From NCBI GenBank assembly GCA_963667035.1, contig OY762964.1, positions 2,464,001-2,528,000 on the forward strand: a stretch of DNA of 64,000 bases, given 5' to 3'. A program made the position numbers and the translations under genes. Position 1 is the stretch's first letter; the number at the start of each line of letters is the position of its first letter. This DNA is from Candidatus Cloacimonadales bacterium (GTDB taxonomy: Bacteria; Cloacimonadota; Cloacimonadia; Cloacimonadales; JAFGVF01). Of this stretch, positions 1-7,686 are shown piece after piece. The notes beneath the pieces were generated by a model. That model worked only from the letters and a program-made list of their open reading frames with translations. It had not been told where the DNA came from and did no database searches.

Positions 1-292
1 CAAAACTATGTTTAAGAGCTTCAGTCTCATCAGTTCCCGAAACACCGGTCAACATGATAACAGGGATATGGTTCCATATAGGGTTATCTTTAACTTTTTC
101 AAGAACTTGATATCCATTCATCCCGGGCATAACTATATCTAACAGAATTAAATCCGGAGTCTTATTCTCCAGGGCTTCAATGAGTTCTTCACCCTTAAGA
201 AATGTATGAACATTAGTGAATCCGTTATTCTCGAAAGTTCTCTTCAATATTTTTATGTTTAATGAGTCGTCATCAACAACATAAACTCTCAT
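1..292 (-). CDS. Response regulator receiver-domain protein (runs off the window edge)
   Basis: Not in the ORF track. Manual translation from ATG at 292: MRVYVVDDDSLNIKILK...PDLILLDIVMPGMNGYQVL...IPVIMLTG, with the canonical REC acidic pocket, phospho-Asp and Thr. Confidence 0.85.
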   Translation of the reverse strand, partial: MRVYVVDDDSLNIKILKRTFENNGFTNVHTFLKGEELIEALENKTPDLILLDIVMPGMNGYQVLEKVKDNPIWNHIPVIMLTGVSGTDETEALKHSF

Positions 293-308
293 TGAAAGGA
301 GATTATCA

Positions 309-1925
309 TTATTCGGATTTGACATCCTTATCCTCTTTTTTCTGAGTTTTAGCATACTCAAACAGAGCATCTAAGGTTGGGTATGTTTCCAGAATTCTTA
401 CTGCTTCATTGTATTGTTTATCGAGTTCGAGATTATGTTGATATGCTACTTCAGGACCGAATTTCTTTGTTAGAAGGTCGCTCTCCAAAGATACTTCAAT
501 AAAGGTTCTGGCACTATCAACATCTGCTTCCGTATACTCGATCCCTTCTTTTTTAACTTTTTCAAGGAAATCATCAAAAGTCTTCTTATCAAGTTGGAAG
601 TCCTCACTAATATTGTCCCCGTTCTTTACGGCATAATCGACTGCATAATTGAAGAAGAGGTTCTTTCTTCTTAACTCAATCTCGAAGTTTGTTACTTTAT
701 TTCTTTCTAACTCAATATCCGGCTTTATACCACCGCCACCATGAACTTCTCTCTGGCGAACAAGTGTTTTATATACTTCATTCTCAATCTCTACTTCTGC
801 TTCTTTCTTCTCTTCATCACTAACTTCCTTACCACGGAGAATCTTATCATTAATTTTCTTATGAATACATCTTCCTGATGGGATATAATAATGAGATACT
901 GTAATCTTTATCCCCTTATCCATAGAAAGAGGGAATAACTGTTGGACTGAGCCTTTACCGAATGATCTCTTACCAAGTACGACTGCTTTATCATAGTCTT
1001 GCATATTTCCTGCAAAAATTTCAGCAGCACTGGCAGAAGCTTCATTAACTAAGACAACAACAGGATATCCTTCTCTCTGTCTGTTGAACTTGGTCTTATA
1101 CTCGGTAGAAGTTCCACTGGCTCTTCCCTTGGTAAACACAACAAGCTTGTCTTTGCCGACAAATTCGTTTACCATGTTCACGGCTTCAGAGAGCAATCCT
1201 CCCGGATTATACCTTAAATCAATGATTAGTCCTCTTATCCCCTGTTTCTCAAGATCATCAAGAGCCGCTCTAAATTCACGAGTTGTATTAGCGTTGAACT
1301 GGTTTACTTTAACATATCCGATACCTGAATCAGTAGTGAAAGCATAAGGAACACTTTGAATTTTAATAATGTCTCTAACAATCTCGAAATCAAGAGGTTC
1401 TTTAACACCGGGTCTCTGAATAGTTATAACAACTTTTGTACCCTTCTCGCCTCTCATTTTCTTTATAGCTTCGTCCGTATCAACAGCTACAACACTTTCA
1501 CCATCAACCTTGATGATTTTATCTCCAGACATAATACCCATTTTATAAGCAGGAGTTCCTTCCATAGGACTTACAACGGTAATATAATCACCTTTCTTGT
1601 CTATTCTGATTCCCAGACCTCCGAATTCACCTTTTGTTCCGGAAGTAAAGTCTTCAAACTCATCGGCAGTAAAGAAGCTTGTATGAGGGTCTAAATCTTT
1701 TAACATCCCCTCAATAGCATTTTCAATCAATTCCTCATTATCAAGGTCTTCTACATAGTTCTTTTTCAATCTATCAAGCACTTCGTTAAAAAGGTGAAGA
1801 TTGGAATAAATATCTGTTTGCTTAGGTTGTTTATTCTGTGCATACAGGTATGCCGTACGGAAACTGGCAACTCCAACGGCGAACCAAATCAGCACTAATA
1901 AGACTATTCTTAAAGTTCGTTTCAT
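309..1925 (-). CDS. ctpA: Carboxyl-terminal processing protease (S41A, PDZ domain)
   Basis: LDPHT, GGLGI, PDZ region, DLRYNPGGLL, SASAAEI (catalytic Ser), SFGKGSVQ (catalytic Lys). Confidence 0.93.
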   Translation of the reverse strand: MKRTLRIVLLVLIWFAVGVASFRTAYLYAQNKQPKQTDIYSNLHLFNEVLDRLKKNYVEDLDNEELIENAIEGMLKDLDPHTSFFTADEFEDFTSGTKGEFGGLGIRIDKKGDYITVVSPMEGTPAYKMGIMSGDKIIKVDGESVVAVDTDEAIKKMRGEKGTKVVITIQRPGVKEPLDFEIVRDIIKIQSVPYAFTTDSGIGYVKVNQFNANTTREFRAALDDLEKQGIRGLIIDLRYNPGGLLSEAVNMVNEFVGKDKLVVFTKGRASGTSTEYKTKFNRQREGYPVVVLVNEASASAAEIFAGNMQDYDKAVVLGKRSFGKGSVQQLFPLSMDKGIKITVSHYYIPSGRCIHKKINDKILRGKEVSDEEKKEAEVEIENEVYKTLVRQREVHGGGGIKPDIELERNKVTNFEIELRRKNLFFNYAVDYAVKNGDNISEDFQLDKKTFDDFLEKVKKEGIEYTEADVDSARTFIEVSLESDLLTKKFGPEVAYQHNLELDKQYNEAVRILETYPTLDALFEYAKTQKKEDKDVKSE

Positions 1926-1932
1926 AAAGACC

Positions 1933-2553
1933 TCATTGTATGTGTTTCATTGTTTCATTAATAATTCTTTCAGATATACTAACTTGTGGAAGAGTTCCGT
2001 CAAGTTTAATAATCCTGCTAGGTTCTCTTGAAGCTAATTCAAGAAACCCGTTTCTTACTCTTTTATGGAAATCTATTGTCTCGTTTTCTATTCTATCCCA
2101 ACTTCTCTGTGCAATCCTGCTAAGGCTAACTTCCACAGGAATATCCAATAAGAAAGTAATGTCAGGTTTATGGGAGTAAGTTGCATAATCGATTAAAGTA
2201 TCAATCCAATCCAAATCTATCTTCCGAGCAGCTCCCTGATAAGCTATAGTTGAGTCAAAGTAACGATCACAAATCACTATTTTGCCTTCATTCAAAGCCG
2301 GAATAATCCATTCTCCGGTATGCTGACTCCTACTTGCCATGTATAGAAGCAACTCTGTCTCAGGCAACATTTCCTGATATTCGGGATTAAGTAATAGTTT
2401 GCGTATTTCCTCGGATATTCTGGGACCACCGGGTTCTCTTGTCAGAAGAACCTTATATTGATTTGCCTCAAGCCAATCCTTTAAAGCTCTTACTTGAGTA
2501 CTTTTCCCGCTACCTTCAATCCCTTCAAAAGTAATAAATAAACCCTTCATCAT
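1933..2553 (-). CDS. tmk: Thymidylate kinase
   Basis: FITFEGIEGSGKSTQ P-loop, TREPGG, CDRYFDSTIAYQG. Confidence 0.96.
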   Translation of the reverse strand: MMKGLFITFEGIEGSGKSTQVRALKDWLEANQYKVLLTREPGGPRISEEIRKLLLNPEYQEMLPETELLLYMASRSQHTGEWIIPALNEGKIVICDRYFDSTIAYQGAARKIDLDWIDTLIDYATYSHKPDITFLLDIPVEVSLSRIAQRSWDRIENETIDFHKRVRNGFLELASREPSRIIKLDGTLPQVSISERIINETMKHIQ

Positions 2554-2559
2554 ACTCCA

Positions 2560-4155
2560 TTATATTATAGTATCTTTTAAATAGTTAGCGTCATTATCAG
2601 GATAATCAACAACAAAATGAGCTCCACGACTCTCTTTTCGAGCCAGAGCGGAACGAATAATCATGATTGCTATCACGGCAAGATTCCTTGTCTCAATAAC
2701 TTCCTTTCTCACAGAATTATGACTATAGAAGTTATTTATTTCCGTGTATATATTCTCTAATCTGGAAAGGGCATAATTGAGCAATCGTCGAGTTCTTCTG
2801 ATTCCGACATAACCCTGCATTATTCTTCCTATAATCTCTCGATTATGGGATATAATAACCCACTCTGTTTCGTTAAAACTACCAAGATCTTTCCACTCGG
2901 GAATCTCCGGAAACCTTATTTCTTCTTTAATTTTACGGCTATGTGCGGCGTTAAAAGCTATCACGGCAGCCTCAAGCAATGAATTGGAAGCAAGTCTGTT
3001 TGCTCCGTGTAATCCGGTACACGCAACTTCTCCCGCAGCATAGAGGTTTCTAATATCTGTTTCTCCGTCAGCTGTTGTCATTATTCCCCCGCAGAAATAA
3101 TGAGCAGCGGGAGCAACAGGAATAGGTTGTTTTGTGAAGTCAATCCCGAACTTACGACATTTCTTATCAATATAAGGGAAGTGATTCTTTAGCATTTCGG
3201 AATCCAGATGGGTCGCATCAAGATATACATGTTTATCACTTCTTCTTGTCATCTCCGTATCAATGGATCTGGAAACAATATCTCTGGGTGCCAAACAACC
3301 TTGCTCATGATAATTCTCCATGAACTCTTCCCCGTCAATGGTTTTTAAAATTGCTCCTTCCCCTCTTAATGCTTCACTGATAAGGAAAGTTTTCCCTGCA
3401 GGGGAATAAAAGGCTGTCGGGTGGAATTGGATGAATTCCATGTTTGCTAATCTAGCCCCCGCTAATCTAGCCATAGCAATTCCATCTCCGGTAGCTATAT
3501 CCGGATTAGTATTATGGGAGTATACTTGTGAACCGCCACCGGTGGCAAGCATAGTTTTCTTAGCTTTAAAAATCTCTATATTATTGGTTTCGCAATCCAT
3601 AACATAAGCTCCCCAACACGAGATACGAGTTATAAACTCTTCAAGTTGAGGAATATGGTGCTGAGTAATAAGGTCAACAGCCATATGGTTTTCATATATA
3701 TCTATATTATCACTGTTTCTACAGTTATCAATAAGGGCTTCCATAATCAAGTGTCCGGTAGAATCAGCTCCGTATACAACTCTATGATGAGAGTGACCAC
3801 CCTCTTTTGTAAGCCTCAGATTCTCAATTCCGAGCTTAGGTGAATTATTATCCACTGTGAACTTAGTGCCTAAATCCAAGAGATATTGGATAACATCAGG
3901 ACCTTCCTTGATGATTTTCTCCATTACACCTTTTTTACCTAGTTTAGCTCCTGCAATATAGGTATCATTGATATGCTCTTCAAAAGTGTCATGGTCGCTT
4001 AAAACTGCAGCGATTCCACCCTGTGCATAATCGGTGTTACATGCTGTAATCTCTTTTTTGGTTACAACTGCTACTTTGCCCCATTTGGAAGTCTCTAATG
4101 CAAAAACCAGACCTGCAATTCCACTTCCGATTACCAAATAATCATAGTTTTTCAT
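2560..4155 (-). CDS. nadB: L-aspartate oxidase
   Basis: GSGIAG FAD motif, AQGGIAAV, EGGHS, QFHPT, LISEALRGEG, GLHGANRLASNSLLE, ESRGAH. Confidence 0.95.
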   Translation of the reverse strand: MKNYDYLVIGSGIAGLVFALETSKWGKVAVVTKKEITACNTDYAQGGIAAVLSDHDTFEEHINDTYIAGAKLGKKGVMEKIIKEGPDVIQYLLDLGTKFTVDNNSPKLGIENLRLTKEGGHSHHRVVYGADSTGHLIMEALIDNCRNSDNIDIYENHMAVDLITQHHIPQLEEFITRISCWGAYVMDCETNNIEIFKAKKTMLATGGGSQVYSHNTNPDIATGDGIAMARLAGARLANMEFIQFHPTAFYSPAGKTFLISEALRGEGAILKTIDGEEFMENYHEQGCLAPRDIVSRSIDTEMTRRSDKHVYLDATHLDSEMLKNHFPYIDKKCRKFGIDFTKQPIPVAPAAHYFCGGIMTTADGETDIRNLYAAGEVACTGLHGANRLASNSLLEAAVIAFNAAHSRKIKEEIRFPEIPEWKDLGSFNETEWVIISHNREIIGRIMQGYVGIRRTRRLLNYALSRLENIYTEINNFYSHNSVRKEVIETRNLAVIAIMIIRSALARKESRGAHFVVDYPDNDANYLKDTII

Positions 4156-4170
4156 TTTATCTCGATTTAT

Positions 4171-4608
4171 CTATTGAAATTCATATTTCATAACAACGGC
4201 ATCTTCAATCGGACTAGTATAATATTTCATCCTTTTGCCTATTGTTCTGAATCCAAGTTTTCTGTAAAGGTTAATAGCTGATAAATTAGATTCTCTAACC
4301 TCAAGATAGAACACAACAATCCCCTCTTTTATCTTTTTATCCATGAGATGCTTAAGCAGTTTAAACGCTATTCCGTTTCTCTGATAATCCTTTGAGACTC
4401 CCACATTGGAAATCGAGTACTCGTCAAGTACTGAGAAACCGCATACATAACCAACAAGAATTCCGTCAATTAGAGCAACAAGAGAATCTCCTTGCTCTAT
4501 TTCATACTTAAAAAACTCTTCTTTCCACGGCTCGCTAAACAGCTTTTCTTCAATAGGTAATATGCTTTGAAGATGTGATCCTGTCATTGTCTCTATCTTT
4601 ATATCCAT
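4171..4608 (-). CDS. rimI: Ribosomal protein S18 alanine N-acetyltransferase (GNAT)
   Basis: EPW, QRNGIA acetyl-CoA motif, LEVRESN, LYRKLGF, YY..PIEDA. Confidence 0.9.
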   Translation of the reverse strand: MDIKIETMTGSHLQSILPIEEKLFSEPWKEEFFKYEIEQGDSLVALIDGILVGYVCGFSVLDEYSISNVGVSKDYQRNGIAFKLLKHLMDKKIKEGIVVFYLEVRESNLSAINLYRKLGFRTIGKRMKYYTSPIEDAVVMKYEFQ

Positions 4609-4636
4609 ATATTATCCTAAACTTCAAATTAAATCA

Positions 4637-4664
4637 AAGTTACATAGTTTTAACTGAATGTCAA
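4637..4664 (-). promoter_or_regulatory. Candidate sigma70-type promoter for the rimI-nadB-tmk-ctpA operon
   Basis: Minus strand TTGACA-16 nt-TAACTT, about 30 nt upstream of the rimI start. Confidence 0.35.
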
Positions 4665-4801
4665 TCTTTATGTATTGCTGTTCTTAATGATTGAAGTGAC
4701 TTTTAAGTGGAACTGTATCATTGGCAAGTTACACCTATTACTATCCACCTAATGAAAATCAGAATTCTATCAAGAAGGCTGAGAGACTAAAGACAAAGGA
4801 G

Positions 4802-4846
4802 AGATTCCTCCACTCATTCGTACCTCATTTCGATCGGAATGACATA
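4802..4846. repeat. 45-bp REP-like element, copy 1
   Basis: AGATTCCTCCACTCATTCGTACCTCATTTCGATCGGAATGACATA; recurs at 5637-5681 with 2 mismatches. Confidence 0.85.
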
Positions 4847-5407
4847 GGTCAGCACCTTTGTATTAAAAACACAATGCCAATGTAAATTATTATCTATGTC
4901 ATCGATATACTATAAAACTGTGTAACCTACACACCAAAGCATATGGCTTATAAACTCACACCACTTCATGGCTAAAGAATTATGCTCTGTAAGAGCATCT
5001 GTTCAATACCCCAAAAAGATTGAGCCCTATAGAAGTGAATGGATAAATGTATAATGATATCAATTCCTTTTATTGAATTATTCGAATCTTCTAGACAATA
5101 CCATTAATATGTTTTATATATACACATATTGTTACGTCCCTATAGGACTTTATATTAAATCATGAGACCACACGCCAAGGCGTGTGGCTACTAAACTTAC
5201 GCCATTTCATGGCTACAGAATTATGCTCTGTAGGAGAATCTGTTTAGGTCGCACCTTTGTATTAAAAACACAATGCCAATGTATATTATTATCTATGTCA
5301 TCGATATACTATAAAACTGTGTAACCTACACACCAAAGCATATGGCTTATAAACTCACACCACTTTATGGCTACAGAATCATGCCCTGTAGGAGCATCTG
5401 TTCAATA
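4845..5407. repeat. ~163-bp direct duplication (4845-5008 and 5245-5407) with an ~80-bp hairpin-rich unit present three times (about 4927, 5167, 5326)
   Basis: TAGGTC(A)GCACCTTTGTATTAAAAACACAATGCC...GCATCTGTTCAATA is read twice. TAAACTYACRCCAYTTYATGGCTAMAGAATYATGCYCTGTARGAG occurs at 4951, 5192 and 5350. Confidence 0.9.
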
Positions 5408-5467
5408 GCCCCATGCCTTGGCATGGGGTAGAATATCCGAAAATATTTTAGCCCTATAGGGGCGTAA
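5131..5467. repeat. Inverted pair of REP-like palindrome units (REPIN-like)
   Basis: 5132-5190 TTACGTCCCTATAGGACT...ACCACACGCCAAGGCGTGTGGCTA versus the reverse complement of 5406-5467 TTACGCCCCTATAGGGCT...ACCCCATGCCAAGGCATGGGGCTA. Confidence 0.8.
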
Positions 5468-5636
5468 GGAACCAAACAACAATTAATGGACATGTTATCA
5501 AATCTCATTTTGCTCCCATTCAATAAATATAAGACAAAGATCAAAAATTATCCACAACTTGTGACTAGCTAACTGCTTTGAGTAAGAGTAGTAAGAATTG
5601 AATGGGGTTAATTTGAGTAACTAAAGATAAATGGAA

Positions 5637-5681
5637 AGATTCCTCTACACATTCGTACCTCATTTCGATCGGAATGACATA
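5637..5681. repeat. 45-bp REP-like element, copy 2
   Basis: AGATTCCTCTACACATTCGTACCTCATTTCGATCGGAATGACATA, direct repeat of 4802-4846. Confidence 0.85.
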
Positions 5682-5800
5682 AAGGAAACAGTGCAATTGT
5701 CATCTCGAAAGGAGATATGAGTATAGCTTAAAGGGTCTGCTATTCGATTTTTAGAAGTTCCTTTACAACTCTATCCATCTCTTTCATATTGGGCTTAATC

Positions 5801-5884
5801 TTCATGTATGTGAACCTTCCTTTATTGTTGTTATTATATGCTTAATCGCATATTGAGGTTTACACACTTTTCTTTTTACTCCCT
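5801..5884 (-). mobile_element. Dispersed ~85-bp element, probably an orphan IS left end (IS256-like), copy 1
   Basis: The reverse complement matches 57495-57578 (GGGAGTAAAAA(A)GAAAAGTGTGTAAACCTC...GCGATTAAGCATA...GGTTCAC..ACATGAA). Family assignment is by resemblance only. Confidence 0.6.
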
Positions 5885-5972
5885 TCTCCCGTTTTGCACT
5901 TGAGCAACATTGACAGAATTGAGATATAACACTCCCAAACATCTTACTAATTTCCAACTCCAAAATCATGTT

Positions 5973-6016
5973 TTGAGTAAGTGTTGAGTAAGAGATGTGT
6001 AAGGATTGAGTCAATA
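5973..6016. repeat. 11-bp-period tandem units (TTGAGTAAGWG consensus)
   Basis: TTGAGTAAGTG 5973, TTGAGTAAGAG 5984, ATGTGTAAGGA 5995, TTGAGTCAATA 6006; TTGAGTAAGAG also at 5578. Confidence 0.55.
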
Positions 6017-6246
6017 TTGCTCATGGGAGTAACGTGAGATTAGCCGGAAAATGAAGATTGGGAGGTACCCCTTTAAAGTATCCGGTTTTGTAATTAGCAA
6101 GAAAATTCTTTCTAAAAGAGTTAGAGATTTTGGAGGTATACGAAGATGAGTTACTCCATGCCTGTTTAAGATCTCTTCAAAGATTGTGATTCTACTATGA
6201 AGAGGTTCAATATATTCAGTACCGTTATCTGTTTGGAAAGTAATAT
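6011..6246 (-). pseudogene. Fragment of a DDE integrase-core (rve-type, IS481-like) transposase
   Basis: ITFQTDNGTEY...FEEILNRHGVTHLRIPPK is the second catalytic Asp region of rve-type transposases. The N-terminus and the catalytic Glu region are missing. Confidence 0.7.
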
Positions 6247-6283
6247 TACAACGTCCTAAATAAAGTAGACACATCTATAACTG
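6247..6283 (+). mobile_element. Orphan left end of the IS3-family element at 55972-57348
   Basis: TACAACGTCCTAAATAAAGTAGACACATCTATAACTG equals the reverse complement of 57312-57348 with 1 mismatch in 37 bp. Confidence 0.9.
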
Positions 6284-6404
6284 TAAGTAAAATACATTGC
6301 GACTAAGACCAAATCAATTATATATATCACTTTACTATGAAATAACTTGATTTATTGCAGGTTAGAAATTTTATTGGAAATATAGTAATCAAAAGGATAA
6401 TATA

Positions 6405-6866
6405 ATGAGTACCGAATCCACAGATAGTGTTGGTGTTGTAAAATCAATATCCAAGGGGATTGCCGAAGTTGAAGTAATGGCGGGAGGAGGATGTTCATCT
6501 TGCTCCATGAGTCTGGTATGCGGTTCTACCAAGAAGAACATTAAATTTACTGCGAAAGCTTCGGAAAATGTGAAAATAAATGATAAAGTTAGAATAGAAT
6601 TGATAACAGGTTCAAAGGTGTTATCGGCATTGATTGTGTTTCTTCTCCCTGTCCTGTTTATGGTATTAGGATACCTCTTAGGCACTTTGCTAGGATTAAA
6701 TGAAGGCTTATCAGTGCTTGTAGCTATGGGAATGCTTGCCGTAAGCTTTGTCCCCGTTAAGTTAATTGACAAGTTGTACGGACGTAAAATCAGCTATGAG
6801 ATAGTCGAGATTCTACCTAAGAATTTTGTTGTTGAGCCAATAAGTTGTGAGAGGAGTGGAGAATGA
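6405..6866 (+). CDS. RseC/MucC family membrane protein (SoxR-reducing system RseC-like)
   Basis: GVVKSI...GCSSC..SLVCG Cys motif, KINDKVRI, then two TM helices (FLLPVLFM). Confidence 0.75.
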   Translation: MSTESTDSVGVVKSISKGIAEVEVMAGGGCSSCSMSLVCGSTKKNIKFTAKASENVKINDKVRIELITGSKVLSALIVFLLPVLFMVLGYLLGTLLGLNEGLSVLVAMGMLAVSFVPVKLIDKLYGRKISYEIVEILPKNFVVEPISCERSGE

Positions 6867-7219
6867 AGATACATCTTGAAGAGATGGTATTCTATGGGTT
6901 TCACGGGGTTCATGATGAAGAAAGAAAATTGGGACAGCGTTTTATTGTGAGTGTCATAATTCATACTGATACAACTCAAGATAGAAAGATACATCATCTG
7001 GAAGATACTTTGGATTATACTCAGGTCTATAGTCTTGTAAAAGAAGTAATGGAGACACACCAATATCACTTGTTAGAGAATTGCGTTAACAAAATACTTG
7101 ATGAAATGTTTATCCGATTCAATCTCATAGAAAGTGCTGAAGTTGCCATAAAGAAACCCTCGGTTCCCATACAAGGACCATTGAAATATGTGGAAGTGGC
7201 AATGGAGCGAAAGCGTTAA
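6863..7219 (+). CDS. folB: Dihydroneopterin aldolase
   Basis: FYGFHGVHDEERKLGQRF, DTLDY, LLE, KKP; ATGA overlap with the upstream gene. Confidence 0.95.
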   Translation: MKIHLEEMVFYGFHGVHDEERKLGQRFIVSVIIHTDTTQDRKIHHLEDTLDYTQVYSLVKEVMETHQYHLLENCVNKILDEMFIRFNLIESAEVAIKKPSVPIQGPLKYVEVAMERKR

Positions 7220-7686
7220 TGAAGGCGTATCTCGGTTTAGGATCTAATCTGGGAGACAGACAAGCCTATTTAACTACAGCTTTGACGTATCTTGAAGAGC
7301 AAGTTGTCATCTCCAAAACAAGTTCAACAATTGAGACCAAACCATTGGGACTAACTAACCAACCCGACTTTTTAAACATGGTATGTGAGATTGAAACTAA
7401 CTTACAACCTCATAAGTTATTGGAATTATGTCTAGCAATTGAAGCAAAAATGGGACGAGTTAGAGAGATTAAGTGGGGTCCGAGAAATATAGATATTGAT
7501 ATTCTTCTCTATGAAGATATGATAATAAAAGAAAAAGATTTACAAATTCCACATCAGTACTTGACAGAAAGAGCATTTGTCCTTATTCCCTTAAACGAGT
7601 TATGTTCGAATCTTGTTCATCCGATAACAGGGAAGACAATGTGGGATCACTTACAAATATTAAAAGAAAAGGAAATGAAAAAATGA
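7219..7686 (+). CDS. folK: 2-amino-4-hydroxy-6-hydroxymethyldihydropteridine diphosphokinase
   Basis: AYLGLGSNLGD, QPDFLN, KWGPRNIDIDIL, IPH..ERAFVLIPL. Confidence 0.96.
   Translation: MKAYLGLGSNLGDRQAYLTTALTYLEEQVVISKTSSTIETKPLGLTNQPDFLNMVCEIETNLQPHKLLELCLAIEAKMGRVREIKWGPRNIDIDILLYEDMIIKEKDLQIPHQYLTERAFVLIPLNELCSNLVHPITGKTMWDHLQILKEKEMKK

Noticed and set aside
4845..5467. Possible CRISPR array
   Set aside because: Units are 80-160 bp, irregularly spaced, the intervening sequence is itself duplicated, and no cas genes are present.
5548..5556. Perfect DnaA box TTATCCACA in a divergent intergenic region (possible oriC)
   Set aside because: Only one perfect box, no cluster, and no dnaA, dnaN or gidA nearby; expected by chance in AT-rich DNA.
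5802..6014. 70-aa ORF
   Set aside because: It reads through non-coding repeats and the dispersed IS-end-like element, with no protein-like features.
6389..7069. Minus-strand ORFs 6389-6772 and 6794-7069, and the other short antisense ORFs in the track (e.g. 1084-1347, 14225-14617, 36561-36917, 40808-41134, 53360-53719)
   Set aside because: Shadow frames opposite well-supported genes, without motifs or an RBS.
7602..7682. Track N-terminal extensions (glmU from 7602; also 14181, 17143, 30408, 38734, 41262, 49185, 55854)
   Set aside because: They overlap upstream genes or lack an RBS. Downstream starts give proper signal peptides, an RBS or stop-start coupling.
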